This document shows positions 23,599 through 36,771 of a stretch of DNA of 64,000 bases, one piece after another (within the stretch, counting starts at the first letter, position 1; every line of letters begins with the position of its first letter). Below the pieces are notes generated by a model. The model had not been told where the DNA came from. It made no database searches and saw only the letters and a program-made list of their open reading frames with translations. The DNA is from Octopus sinensis (Eukaryota), in the NCBI RefSeq assembly GCF_006345805.1, contig NC_042998.1, positions 192,820,001 to 192,884,000 on the forward strand. Direction: 5' to 3'. A program made the position numbers and the translations under genes.

Positions 23599-24334
23599 GT
23601 AGGCTACTCATTATTTTACTCTGTGGTTTCGCACTCGCCCCTCAACCGTCACCACTTATTGTCAGCCGTAGTTGTAATAGTGTTCTCCAATGTTGTGTAC
23701 AATTATAGCTATTATTATATAGTTGCTGTTGTTGTTAATTGTAATTTGCCGAATCCTTGCACATTTGCCTTACCATTTTTTCTCTTTTCTTTATTAAAGA
23801 CACCCTTATAAATGCACATTAAACATTTTTTACCATTGATTAAATTTTGACTTTTATATCATTGTTTATATGAACAAAATGCATGTTAAAGTTCACTTAT
23901 ACGTTTATATGAATCTGTACTGTTAAGTACAGCGAATTTCAAATAAATTTGATAAAATATTTATATGCAGTCTATATTTAAAGCCTAAAATTTGTGCTTA
24001 ATGCCAGCCCTTCAGAAAAACCCTTTCCCTTGTCTTCTTTTCCTCCCACAGTAATTGAAATAAGTGTCTTTAAGTAGAATTATAAATGTACTTGTAACTA
24101 GTTTTAAAAATCTAAATGCTGATATATATTATTTTAAACTGTCTATGAAGTTTAAATTTTATTATAATAAAAATATTTTCTTAATTTCTCAAGATGTTAC
24201 CCCCCAAAAGTAAAATGGTCCTTGATAAGGGCAAGGGTTACACTGTTGCTCGAAAATAATAAGGATCTTATTCAGATTGAACTTATGACTTTGTTTCTAT
24301 CTTATGCAAATTGGATGACATATAAAACATAAAC

Positions 24335-24336
<2 letters not shown>

Positions 24337-24395
<59 letters not shown>

Positions 24396-24610
24396 TATGT
24401 ATGTATATTAATAATATATATGTATGTATATTAATAATATATATATATATATATGTATATTAATAATATATATGTATATTACTAATATATATATATATAT
24501 AATATATATATATATATTAATAATATTAATATATATATATATATTAATAATATTAATAATATATATATTAATAATATTAATAATATATATATAATATATA
24601 TATTAATAAT

Positions 24611-24670
<60 letters not shown>
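24337..24670. repeat. (TA)n/(TAA) low-complexity tract
   Basis: Direct reading. Confidence 0.97.
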
Positions 24671-24671
<1 letters not shown>

Positions 24672-25299
24672 TTTTTGTGTGTAAAGAAAAGTCATTTAAA
24701 AAGAATAGAGAGATAAGTGTTTTTTCACTTGTAAAGAAATTGGTTTGAGTAAATATAATTGTGTGTATATTTCCATAATATGATGATTTGCTTACACAAT
24801 AGTTTATGAAATAAACTGTTCTAAGTCTTATATAATAAATAGTATATGATTTATCTTAAGTTTTTTTTTTGTGTGTGTATGTAGAAGCATTACATTTTTC
24901 TGGATCTGAATATGGGATCCGAATGCTAATAACTGAACTCCTTATTTCACAATATCATATGCAATCAACACATAAAACAAGTTTTTAAAAATTCTGGCCA
25001 ATGCAAATCATGGGGAAAACGAAAAAAGGATCCATGCAGCATATTAATTTAACCATATGACGAAGGGTTTCATATTTCGTCAGGCTATCCATATGTATAA
25101 AACAATATTTGAGTTCCTAAATAATTTTATACCCTAACAAGCAAAAGGGGATTGACTTTACCGTTAAGTAAAATTAATCATTTTCGGAGGTAGAAAGGTC
25201 TACAATCAACAGATGGAAATTAGAACTCTTGGAGCTAAATTTGAACTTAGTGCCACGTTTTACTATACTGGATAAGTTTTAGATAAAAGGAGCGAGAGC

Positions 25300-25354
25300 A
25301 TATGCGTATACATACATATATATATATACACACACATATATATGTGCGTGTATG

Positions 25355-25412
<58 letters not shown>

Positions 25413-25630
25413 TAAGTATATATCTATCTATATATATATATATATTTTGTGTGTGTATATATATGTGTGTGTGTACATATATGTGTGTGTGTGTATGAAT
25501 ATATATATATACTTGTGTATATATATATGTGTGTGTACATATATATATGTGTGTGTGTATGTATATATATGTATGTATATAAACATAGAAAAATACACAC
25601 ACACATATATGCGTACATAAATATGGGTAC

Positions 25631-25670
<40 letters not shown>

Positions 25671-25842
25671 TATATATATGTGTATATATATGTATGTATA
25701 TATATATATATACACACACATATATATGTGCGTGTATGTATATATATATATATGTATATATATATATAATATATATATATATATTATATATATATATATC
25801 TATATATATATATATACACACACATATATATGTGCGTGTATG

Positions 25843-25884
<42 letters not shown>

Positions 25885-26319
25885 AGTATATATCTATCTA
25901 TATATATATATATATATGTTTGTGTCTGTATTTATCTTACTATGTATGTATATATATGTATGTATATCTATATATATATATATACATATATATCTATGTA
26001 TATATATATACACACACACACACACATAAGTATATATCTATCTATATATATATATATGTATATGTATATATATATACACACACACACACATAAGTATATA
26101 TCTATCTATATATATATATGTGTATATATATGTATGTATATATATATATATACTTGTGTATATATAATGCACATATATATTAATCAGCCGAAATTGCTAA
26201 GATGATCTGGTTCTTGACTGATGACTGAGGGCTTCGAATGTCCCGTCCTGTGGTTCTTGTGTCGTCTCTGTGGTGTTTCATGTTCTTGTCCATGTCTGTA
26301 ATTATTTTTACTGTTTACC

Positions 26320-26350
<31 letters not shown>

Positions 26351-28162
26351 TATATATATATACGTATTCACATATATACTTATATATATATATATATATA
26401 TACATGTATATATATATGTATATATATATATATATTATATATAATATATATATGTGTGTGTGTGTGGTGTGTGTGTATATATATATATATATTTAATACT
26501 CGACGATCGGAGGTAGAGTAAATCATATTTTGTTCCCTTCTCAACCAAAACTGTCCGACGAACGGGAACGTGAAACTCTGAGGGGCAGTTTTTGTGATGT
26601 CTTTGCAGCTTTATTAATAAAGTATATATGTATTTATAAGGCGTGTGCATATATATCTATGTATATATATATTATATATATATATATATAATATATATAT
26701 ATTATATATGTATATATATATATATATATACATATATATCTATGTATATACTTATATATATATGTGTATATATATGTATTATATATATATATATATATAA
26801 ATATTTGTGTGTGTACAAGGACGTATGTGTGCGTGTGTGTGTGCCTGTGTATAAAGGTATGTAGTATGCATTCGTATAGGTATGCATATGTGCATATATA
26901 TGTATATATGTTCATATACACACGTTTATCTAGGTATGTGTATACATATATATGCATATATATATTTATATATATACACAAATACATATATATGTAGATA
27001 TATTTGCATGTATATGTATATATATATTATATATATACATATACATGTGTGTATATAAGTGCATATATGTATATATATATATAATATATATTATATATAT
27101 ATATATATACGTGTGTATATATAAGTACATATATATACACGTGTGTGTATATATATATATATATATACGTGTGTATATATAAGTACATATATATACACGT
27201 GTGTGTATATATATATATAATATATATAGATAGATAGATAGATAGATATACGTGTATATATATGTTTGTGTCTGTATTTATCTTACTATGTATGTATATA
27301 TATGTATGTATGTATATCTATATATATATGTCCGCCTTATTTCAGTGCACAATCCACTGATATTGCGTGACATCTCGCTGCACAAAGTTACACAAATGGC
27401 AAAGCACTAACAACCTATCAGAATCGTATCGCACATATTTCATCTTAGTTGTCTGCAATGTTTCTCCAGTAGACTCATCTTTCAACGTGTGCTTTGTATT
27501 ATTGTTGTGGCTAATGTTTCTGAAAAACCGTTGTTTGTATTAAGTGACACTATCAAACAATAAGGTCTAATTAAGTGAAACATTGACCAAGGAAACCGAA
27601 TCCTAGTCTCTTCGGTGCAAGTTATTTCTAGATCGGTTGGATCTGTTCTGTATTTCCATTATTTGGAATTGTTTTGAGCTGAGAAAAATGTTTCCTAATA
27701 TATGATATGATGTAGTTCGTAACCTTATTTGTATGTATGTGTGTGTGTGTGTGTGTGTGTACAAATGTATGTACACACACGCAGTTTTCCCCAGTAAACT
27801 TTCGTGTGTATGCGAATATGTGTATGTACGTATATATATATATATACACACACACACACCACATATAGATATAGATATGTATATATATATAGATATATAT
27901 ATAGATAGATACGTGTATATATATATATATATATATATATAGATAGATAGATACGTGTATATATATATATATATATAGATAGATAGATACATAGATAGAT
28001 ACGTGTATAAATATATATATATATATATACATACACACATATATAGATATGTATATGTATATATATACGTGTATGTGTGTTTATATATATATGTGTGTGT
28101 GTGTGTATATATATATAGATAGACAGATACATATATATATATATATATAAATACATATATAT

Positions 28163-28222
<60 letters not shown>
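25300..28222. repeat. Compound (TA)/(TG)/(CA) microsatellite field with interspersed short elements
   Basis: Direct reading; repeated compound units such as CACACATAAGTATATATCTATC; non-repeat islands at about 26180-26320, 26490-26625 and 27330-27725. Confidence 0.93.
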
Positions 28223-28224
<2 letters not shown>

Positions 28225-28324
28225 TAGTTTCTTTGAATGTGTATAGAAAAATATATCTATGAATGAAATTCTAACCCTAGCCTGATATTCACGTATTATT
28301 ATTTACAATGTTTACAATATTGAA

Positions 28325-28366
28325 ATAAACTAGTGCTTTCATGCGTTACGCACTCATCAGGTTTAT
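28325..28366 (-). ncRNA. Minimal type I hammerhead ribozyme
   Basis: AUAAAC CUGAUGA GUGCG-UAA-CGCAU GAA AG-CA-CU A|GUUUAU; 6-bp helix I, 5-bp helix II (G.U at base), canonical core. Confidence 0.75.
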
Positions 28367-28693
28367 GTTGTGACAATCGTATTCCACGATTGACGAATAT
28401 ATATATATACACACAAATATGCTTGTACATGTGTGTATATATCCATACACACACACACACACACACATACGTATATATATATATGTTTATGTGTGCATGT
28501 GAGCATGTGTTTATTACTATTCCTATTTCACCCTATTCTGTTTCGTTTGTACTCATTCGACAACGCTTCTGACCATGAAATCATCTTCCATTTAATAGTA
28601 GAATGTTCCGTAAAATAACATTTAGATTATTGTATAAAATGAAACATTGAATTTAAAACTGTTGTCCTTATTTCAAATACCGAACCCATAGTA

Positions 28694-28834
28694 TAAAGTT
28701 GTCCCAAAAGTTCGTAGAAAGTCTTGGAAAATAATGGTCTTTATTTTGAGGAATAATTTTTGTTGTTTTTGTTAGTACTTGGCGAGTAAAAATTCAATTT
28801 TCGCAAGTGTTTACGAACTTTTGGGACAACCTAA
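28694..28834. mobile_element. Mariner-type MITE
   Basis: TIRs T(A)A(A/G)GTTGTCCCAAAAGTTCGTA / TACGAACTTTTGGGACAACCTAA with TA flanks. Confidence 0.75.
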
Positions 28835-29876
28835 TAGTTAGTTACTATTCTAATGTTCTGTGGTTGCACCTTTTATCAAATATGACTGTCAAAGAATATG
28901 AACTCTGGTCGTACTTTATCAATCGTATGGCATACAATACCAACTCTTGGTCAGTGTCTTATCTAAATATGTATATTTATTAAATCACCGTTCTGCTATT
29001 TAGATAATATTTAATGCACAAGTGTATGATATTTGAAGTTACTATCTTTTTCATTGCGATATTTTACTGGATCGAAGTTAATTTGGGGAGGTTTGTCCAA
29101 GTGCTTCTAACTAGTCGATTCATAATCACTGAAGTCGTTTGTAGTTTCACTTTCAAATTTTCTAATACTATATGGTTTTAAGATATAGAACTGAATGTCA
29201 AACTATTGTGTTTAACATGATTTGTTTCTCGTATCTCTTATTACTACCCATCAACAAGATCCTAGTGTCAAAAATTTTGTGACCTATTAATTTTAAATAA
29301 AACCTAATGCGCTTCGCTTTTTAAGTAACAAGACACCCTTAATTTGATAAATCACCTTCTTGAATTATTTTATACGACAGCAGCCAATGGAATTATTGCA
29401 TGGAATAATTAACCATATTGCCTGAATATGAGGAAGTACTTTTCCTCTGTGTTTGAGTCTATTCTTCTACATTGGTGGATTCAATGAAATACTCTTTTCT
29501 TCGATCCGCCTTCCTATAATCTTGCTTACGTCTACATACATTTTCGAAATGAAGAAACTGTGAGCCATGTCTTGTAGTGGTTACGTTGATAATCTCACCT
29601 GACTGGAAACCAACTTCTGTGAATTTCATTTCCGTTAGAATTTTCTCTTCTTTACAAGGTTCTGCCTCATGATGGTTATGTTATTCCGTGTGTAGAGCGA
29701 ATAGATTACATTTCTTCTTATAGATATGATGTAATCAGATCCATGGAGTTTAACATTTTCTTGAAGAATAAATATTTTCCCCGGCTACAAGGCAATCTCT
29801 TCCAACATCATTTATTACACCTTGCGAATCGTTAAAAGGTACTGCCATTTCCTTGCAAACACTGTTTTATTAATAA

Positions 29877-30274
29877 CTAGCAGTATCGCCCGGCGTTGCT
29901 CGGGTTTGTAAGGGAAATAACTATATAAGCATTTTTAGAGAGTTATAGCAAAAAATATAGCAAAAAAATGCATTAAAAATGGGAAAAAAACTATGGTAAT
30001 TTTTTAAAAAACTCTTTGACTCATCGTAGACAATTTTAGAGAGTTACTTCCTTTATATAATAGCGAAAAATGCATTAAAATGGAAAAAAATGATGGTAAA
30101 TTATTTTTAAAATCGTAGAGTCATCGTAGACGCGCGCTAATACCCAGAAGGGCTCGATATGAATCACGACTATAAGATACCCGGTTTTGGTTAAACTGCA
30201 CCGCAAAATGTGGGAGTAGTTAGGAATCTAAATCGTAGGAGACAGACACACAACTTCACTTTTATATATAAAGA
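29877..30274 (-). mobile_element. Non-autonomous Helitron, family B
   Basis: Minus strand A^TCTTTATATATAAAAGTGAAGTTG ... CCCGAGCAACGCCGGG (hairpin) CGATACTG-CTAG^T; no TSD. Confidence 0.8.
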
Positions 30275-30919
30275 TATATATTAATAACATTGCACATCAA
30301 ATAATTAACTGACCGAAATTTGTAGGATGGATTTAACAAACCATTGGATGTTTACGTTCTTATATCAAACCAGTATAGGAATTAGTAAAGTATAAAGAAT
30401 TTAGTTTTCACGCAAAACCTCATTTGCAACTTCACTTTTTCCGACATTTGTAAAGTTTGTATCCAAACCCAATCCATTGTCATGTGGTTATCGATACTCT
30501 CTTTAGTGAGCGTGGGACAATACTAATGAATATTCATTAACATTTATGTATGTGTATCATTTTAACAAGAATGTCCCGGAAAATTTAATACGTCATCCAG
30601 TTTTCTAGACTATAAATATTTCAACGCTGATGTACTTAGCAAATGTACGAATGTTATTTTATCTCACAACCCGATCCCCGTGAATGCTCCACCGTTCAGT
30701 TAGATATCATTCGTTAGTTTAAATGATCTTACCATGAGATTTTTCAGATTGCTAAAGCCTGGCTAGCAAATTCATAACCTTTGAAGTGTTGTTGCATGCA
30801 TTAGAAAACCCAATCTCGATGTTGTAAGTTATCAGAGCCTAATTGCGCCGAGTTTAAATCAAGTTAGATGAACTCAACCTCTAATTTCTCCCTATAAAAT
30901 AACCATTGTCAAGGGATAA

Positions 30920-31339
30920 GGATCTTTTCGATTTGAACAGCAGTTTTTTCTAGCGGTGTCATGTGAAATTGTCACCCATAATTATGACCCTAATATCGAT
31001 CTATTGCATTTCAATCTGTTTTAGGGTTTGGGTTAGGGGTGGGGGGAAAGGTATCTTTTTTTCTTCAGAAATGTAAATAAACCCAATCTGTTTCTTAAAC
31101 GAGGGACATATTCATACGGCACCAAATGTTTTTTACCTCAATAGACGTAATTGATTGGTTAAAATTGCAGAAATTGAAAAAAAAAACAATAACAAATATC
31201 TTACAAACCATAGAATTTTCTCAATAAAGCCAAGAGAAAAAGATGTTTTATAAACACATTCTACCAGTATACGAAGTTTAAAATTTTTTTAGTTACCTAG
31301 AAATTATGTTAAAAACTGCTGTTCAAACCGAAAAGATCC
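30920..31339 (+). mobile_element. GGATC-TIR MITE (copy 2)
   Basis: TIRs; 8-bp TSD AGGGATAA. Confidence 0.87.
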
Positions 31340-31395
31340 AGGGATAATTCAAGTGATGAGGGATCGGCCCAGGAACTGTTGCCTTAAATCAAATT

Positions 31396-31442
<47 letters not shown>

Positions 31443-32405
31443 TTTTAAATCCTTCAAACTATCCTAAACTATGTGCTAATGTATCTTATCAGATGGCTAA
31501 CACGGTACAATGTCTATGAAAGTTGACTAGTCGATTGAATATTTTTTAGAAAATTATTTTCTTACTGTTTAAAATAATTACATAATAGTGAAATGGCAGT
31601 GTTTTATGCAACTATTCAGTAATAGTTTCATTATAAATGTAATTATTATAAATGTAATTATTAATTTATAAGAAGGAATGTTGATCTTAATGTCTGAAGT
31701 CGAAGTCAAATGGATAAGGAATTATGAAGCATATGAAAGTGTAAGACAGCAATGTAATCAATGTTTGTGTGTTTGTTTGTTTGTTTGTTTTTTAATTGGC
31801 AGGTGGTGGTCGGGTAAAGTCTTATTTCTTGAATTAGTTGCTCAGAAATATCACTAAGCTCTTATAAATAATGAGGAACGCACAAAAAAAAAAAAATAAT
31901 AAAAACCACTTTCCATTAAATTAGTATAAATTTGAAAAAAAAAAATCTCATTGAAATTATAATTACTTGTAAATTTTTATTTGATAAGGATTTTCATTTA
32001 ACTAGGTTCAAACACAATTTTGTAGGAGAGTCAGAAGCACTTAATAAACTAGTGTCGATAAAACTGACACTTATGTGTTATTGAAATTTAATTAAGTTTA
32101 TCATAGAAACATGAAAGAGCAAGTCGACGACGGCTGAATTTTAAAGTCAATACTCATAAAACAAGAACGTTAGATAGCCTCTGCTTCGGTTTCAAATATT
32201 GCTGTTTTATCGAAATTTGCATTTCATATATTGTTCACTGTCATCAATACTTCAGCAAGAATTGCTTAATAACCACCATACTCCATATTGGACGGAATAT
32301 CGTTTGTAAATAACGAACCTGGGTGGGTGTGCACTGAATAACTTGTCATGCACACACACACACAGACACACACACACACACACTCATTAAAACACTATAA
32401 ATATA

Positions 32406-32822
32406 TATTTCTTTACTGCCCACAAGGGGCTAAATATAGAGGGGACAAACAAGGACAGACAAAGGGATTAAGTCAATTACATCGACCCCAGTGCGTAACT
32501 GGTATTTTATTTATCGACCCCGAAAGGATGAAAGGCAAAGTAGACCTCGGCGGAATTTGAACTCAGAACGTAGCAACAGACGAAATACCTATTTCTTTAC
32601 TACCCACAAGGGGCTAAACACAGAGAGGACAAACAGGGACAGACAAACGGATTAAGTTGATTACATCGACCCCAGTGCGAAACTGGTACTTTATTTATCG
32701 ATCCCGAAAGGATGAAAGGCAAAGTCGACTTCGGCGGAATTTGAACTCAGAACGTAGCGGCAGACGAAATACCGCTAAGCATTTCGCCCGGCGTGCTAAC
32801 GTTTCTGCCAGCTCACCGCCTT
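32406..32822 (-). mobile_element. Family 3 SINE head-to-tail dimer
   Basis: Two units joined at AAAGAAATA|GGTATTTCGTC; 16-bp TSD TCATTAAAACACTATA flanks the whole dimer. Confidence 0.9.
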
Positions 32823-34012
32823 TCATTAAAACACTATATATATACAGGCTTGTGAAAGATAAAGACGCCGAATGGGTTTGAACTAAGGGAGTAAAAGAAC
32901 TGCCATGCATTTTACCCAACATCCTATTGATTTTGCCATCTACTGTGCTGCTAACAATTAAATATTCAAATTATTTCCTACTGCTATTTTGTAATGATTG
33001 AAATCTTCCTTAAGAAACGTTTCTTCTGTACACTTTATATCTAATAAATCAACAAATTCCTCATCTTCATTCATAACCAACGTATCTGTAGACGATGCAG
33101 CTAATTATCTCCAAGTAATATATTCAACTATGAAAAATAATGTCCCCTACGCTAATTCATCTATGTATTACATGAAACCCTTTTAAATAATAAGGCTTGA
33201 AAAGACTTTTGTTCAGCCTATTTAATATCCATAACAGTCCATCAATATGTGTATTCATTTTACGTATGTGTTAACCCTTTGATCTCTGATTAGCTTCTCA
33301 AAAGTCTGTAATCTTAAATTAGATTGGTTGTGTTCAAAATCTAAATAATATATTACAGTTTAATTTTAGCTTCCGATGATAAAACCCACTCTTAAAATCA
33401 CTGTGAGATCGTAATTGAAATTAGTTGTGGCTTTTAAAAGATGTTTGGATGTTCACACCCAGGATTCACCAGCTTCATTTGTTTATCCAAACTTTCACCT
33501 TATTTTAATGATTTTCTTTATTTTTCACCTGAAAAGGCCATTGGGTTGAAGAATCGATAAAGCGCTGAACAAGCTGTATCACAGTTATTTCCTTTAAGTC
33601 CCGAATTCAAATCCTGCTTTTTGTCCTCTCTGTGTAAATAAAATGAAGTACCAGTTTAGTACTGGGATCGATTCCAGCGACTCTGCTTCTCTTCTAAAAC
33701 CTGTAACCTTTTACCAAGCAAGAAGCCATTAAAAGGATTCTGTTGGTATTATTTATCTGTCCTCTGTAGAAAATAAAAGCGTAATAAACTATTATTTTAA
33801 TATAATATTCATGGTGATTAATTGACAAATTTGCGTCAGTGCTATGATGAGTGTCAACTGCTGTTTACCTAATGTTGAATAATCCTCTTTGATTTAACCA
33901 TTTTATTATATGTTTGGAACTCATAAAACACACTCATGTGTGAGTATACAATCGTATATACACATGCATACACGCACGTACACACACGCACACACACACT
34001 CACGTTCATATA

Positions 34013-35279
34013 TTTGGGTTGGCAACTAAGTTCCCGCCGTTTTTAAAAATTTTCATTTTTTAAGGGTTTAATGAAAAAGAAATAACAACTAATTAATCAA
34101 TAAAGTATTCACCTTTGTTTTTTACAACTTCTTCCCAACGTTCAACAAGATTTTCAATACCTCGTTGGTAGAAATCACCCGATTTCGACTCGAAAAATTG
34201 ACCCAACCAAGCTCTCAATTCTGCATCAGTATTGAATGAAACTCCGCGCACAGCATTTGAAAGAGATCGAAAGAGGTGGAAATCCGTTGGTGACAAATCA
34301 GCAGAGTACAGCGGGTGTGGCAGCACTTCCCAGCCATGCGTTTGAATGTTTTCTTTGGTCATATTGGTGATATGAGGGCAGGCGTTGTCATGCAGTAAAA
34401 GAACTCCATACTGCCGATTAGGTCTTTTCTCTTGAATAGCCGTGTTGAGTCGTTCCATCTGCTGAACATAGAGTTCCGCGTTGACCGTTTGGTTCCGTTC
34501 AAGTAATTCGTAATGGATTATCCCTTCGTAGTCCCACCATATTCACAACATCGTTTTACGCGGATGAAGATCTTGTTTCATGCGCGGTGTCGCTTGCTTA
34601 CCGGGGCTAAGCCATTCCTTACGCTGCTCCATATTGATGACCAGGCACCATTTTTCGTTGCCGATAACGATTCGGTGAAGAAATCATTGCTTGTGTCCAT
34701 GAGTTGAGCGCTGACGAGCAAGCAAACCAGCGGAGATTGTGGCTCGTTGATTTTTGTTATTGTCACTTAAAGCATGCTGAACCCATGCTCCATGCTTCTC
34801 TATAGCAATGTGGGACCATTCCATTTTCTCTGCCAGTCCCCTTGTCGTTTGACGAGAATTTTCGTGCAAAAGTTGGTTTAGTCGCTCTTCATCGAACACA
34901 ATTGGACGGCCAAAACGTCTTTGAGGTCAAAATTACCATTTTTGAACTTGGCATACCAATAACGAGCGGTTCTTTCAGCTATGGTACCCTCCCATACACA
35001 GCACAAATGTCTCGAGCAGCTTTTGCGGCCTTAGAACCTTGATTAAAAGCAAAAAGGTGTCGAAAATGGTCGTTTTTCTTAACTTGACATTCCATTTTAA
35101 TGATCTGAAAATAAGCAAAAAATAATTAAAATTAACTAGAAAAAAAAAGATTCCAAAATGATTCAAAAATCGAATTCTCGAAAAAAATAGATTCCAAAAT
35201 TTAAAAACTGAATAAATTCCAAAATTTAAAAACGCAATAAAAATTTTAAAAAACCGCAGCAACTAAGTTGCCAACCCAA
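34013..35279 (-). mobile_element. Full-length, inactivated mariner (DD34D) transposon
   Basis: TA-flanked TIRs TTGGGTTGGCAACT(A/T)AGTT; transposase from ATG at 35095 (MECQVKKNDHFRHL...), WVQHAL, IGNEKW (first catalytic D changed to N), HDNA and YSADLSPTD; frameshifts and stops. Confidence 0.93.
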
Positions 35280-35888
35280 TACATACGCACACGCGCGCGC
35301 GGACAGACATGGATCTCCGTCGGTTTCAAAGAAGAGTATTCGGTCATTCAATCAACTGAATTAATTGCTCATTAAATTAGCGTGTACTCCACAGGCACAT
35401 GTACTGTTTAACTTAAGTCTCAAAGTTGAATCAGCATAAGGTAGTGCGTCAGAGTTGAATTTTTTACTTACCATCCGACTCGCCATCCGACAGACTTCCA
35501 ATCTGTCTAAATCCACTTTCACTCATAAGCGTTAGATCAACTCGATATTATGGTAAGCAACACATTCTCAAGATATATCGCATTGGGACCGAACCTGAAA
35601 CCTCTTGACTGCAGAACGAAGTTTAACATACGGCCATATTGTAGCCTTAAAATCCACTAAGTGATGTTTTTCTTTTTCTTTCTGTATTTTACATTTATTT
35701 TCTCTCGTCAAAATTCTGATACTGTTGACAACAACTTCAGTATAAAATTCCTCCGTGATCCTTTGATTCTAATACCCAGCTTATAATATACCATTGTGAA
35801 TGTCTGACAGACAGAGTATATGGCCAACCAGATTATCTAGATATTCTATTTACAATTATCTATTATTCATACAAGTGTGTATAATACA

Positions 35889-35941
<53 letters not shown>

Positions 35942-36140
35942 GCGTTATTAGCCTTGAGGGATTCTCTTATATCGGCGCGTGGTGCATTAAAGCACACGCA
36001 TAGATTTTCGTCTGCTACGATCTCTGTGTGCTTTTATACACCGAACGCCTGTATAAGGGATTTCTCGAGGCCAATAACGCAGTCTTCGTCTTCGGTGTTC
36101 TAACACACCAACTATGTTAAAAGATGTATATAAAGATTGC

Positions 36141-36575
36141 GGATCTTTTCGGTTTGAACGGCAGTTTTTAACATAATTTCTAGGTAACTAAAAAATTTTA
36201 AACTTCGTATACTGGTAGAATGTGTTTATAAAACATCTTTTTCTCTTGGCTTTATTGAGAAAATTCTATCGTTTGTAAGATATTTGTTGTTTTTTTTCCT
36301 TCAATTTCTGCAATTTCAACCAATCACTGACGTCCATTGAGGTAAAACTGACGTCCATTGAGGTAAAAAAAAACATTTTTTGCCGTATGAATATGTCCCT
36401 CGTTTAAGAAACAGATTGGGTTTATTTACATTTGTGAAGAAAAAAAGATACCCTTCCCCCACCCCTAACCCTAAAACAGATTGAAATGCAATAGATCGAT
36501 ACTAGGGTCATAATTACGGGTGACAATTTCATATGACACCGCTAGAAAAAACTGCCGTTCAAACCGAAAAGATCC
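36141..36575 (-). mobile_element. GGATC-TIR MITE (copy 3, reversed)
   Basis: TIRs; 8-bp TSD AAGATTGC. Confidence 0.88.
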
Positions 36576-36725
36576 AAGATTGCTGTTAGGTATTTATAAT
36601 GCTTCTGTCGCTAATAATTAAGTTTCACTAAACCTACTGACTATTTGCGACGTCACTTCTGAAGAGATGCTTATGTTTTATATATCGTAGTAGCTACGTT
36701 TGACTGGCATCCGGTGACCGGACGT

Positions 36726-36771
36726 TTCCCTCTGATGATTTTCCGTAGAATGAAATCGCGTGATAAGGGAA
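36726..36771 (+). ncRNA. Minimal type I hammerhead ribozyme (U.U at base of helix II)
   Basis: UUCCCU CUGAUGA UU UUC-CGUA-GAA U GAA AUCG-CG-UGAU A|AGGGAA; perfect 6-bp helix I. Confidence 0.7.

Noticed and set aside
25065-25105. Minus-strand CUGACGA-AAUAU-GAAAC-CCUUC-GUC
   Set aside because: No helix II and no helix I pairing; not supportable as a hammerhead.
29380-30910. Very old LINE-like sequence around the Helitron
   Set aside because: Too degraded to recover diagnostic motifs by eye.
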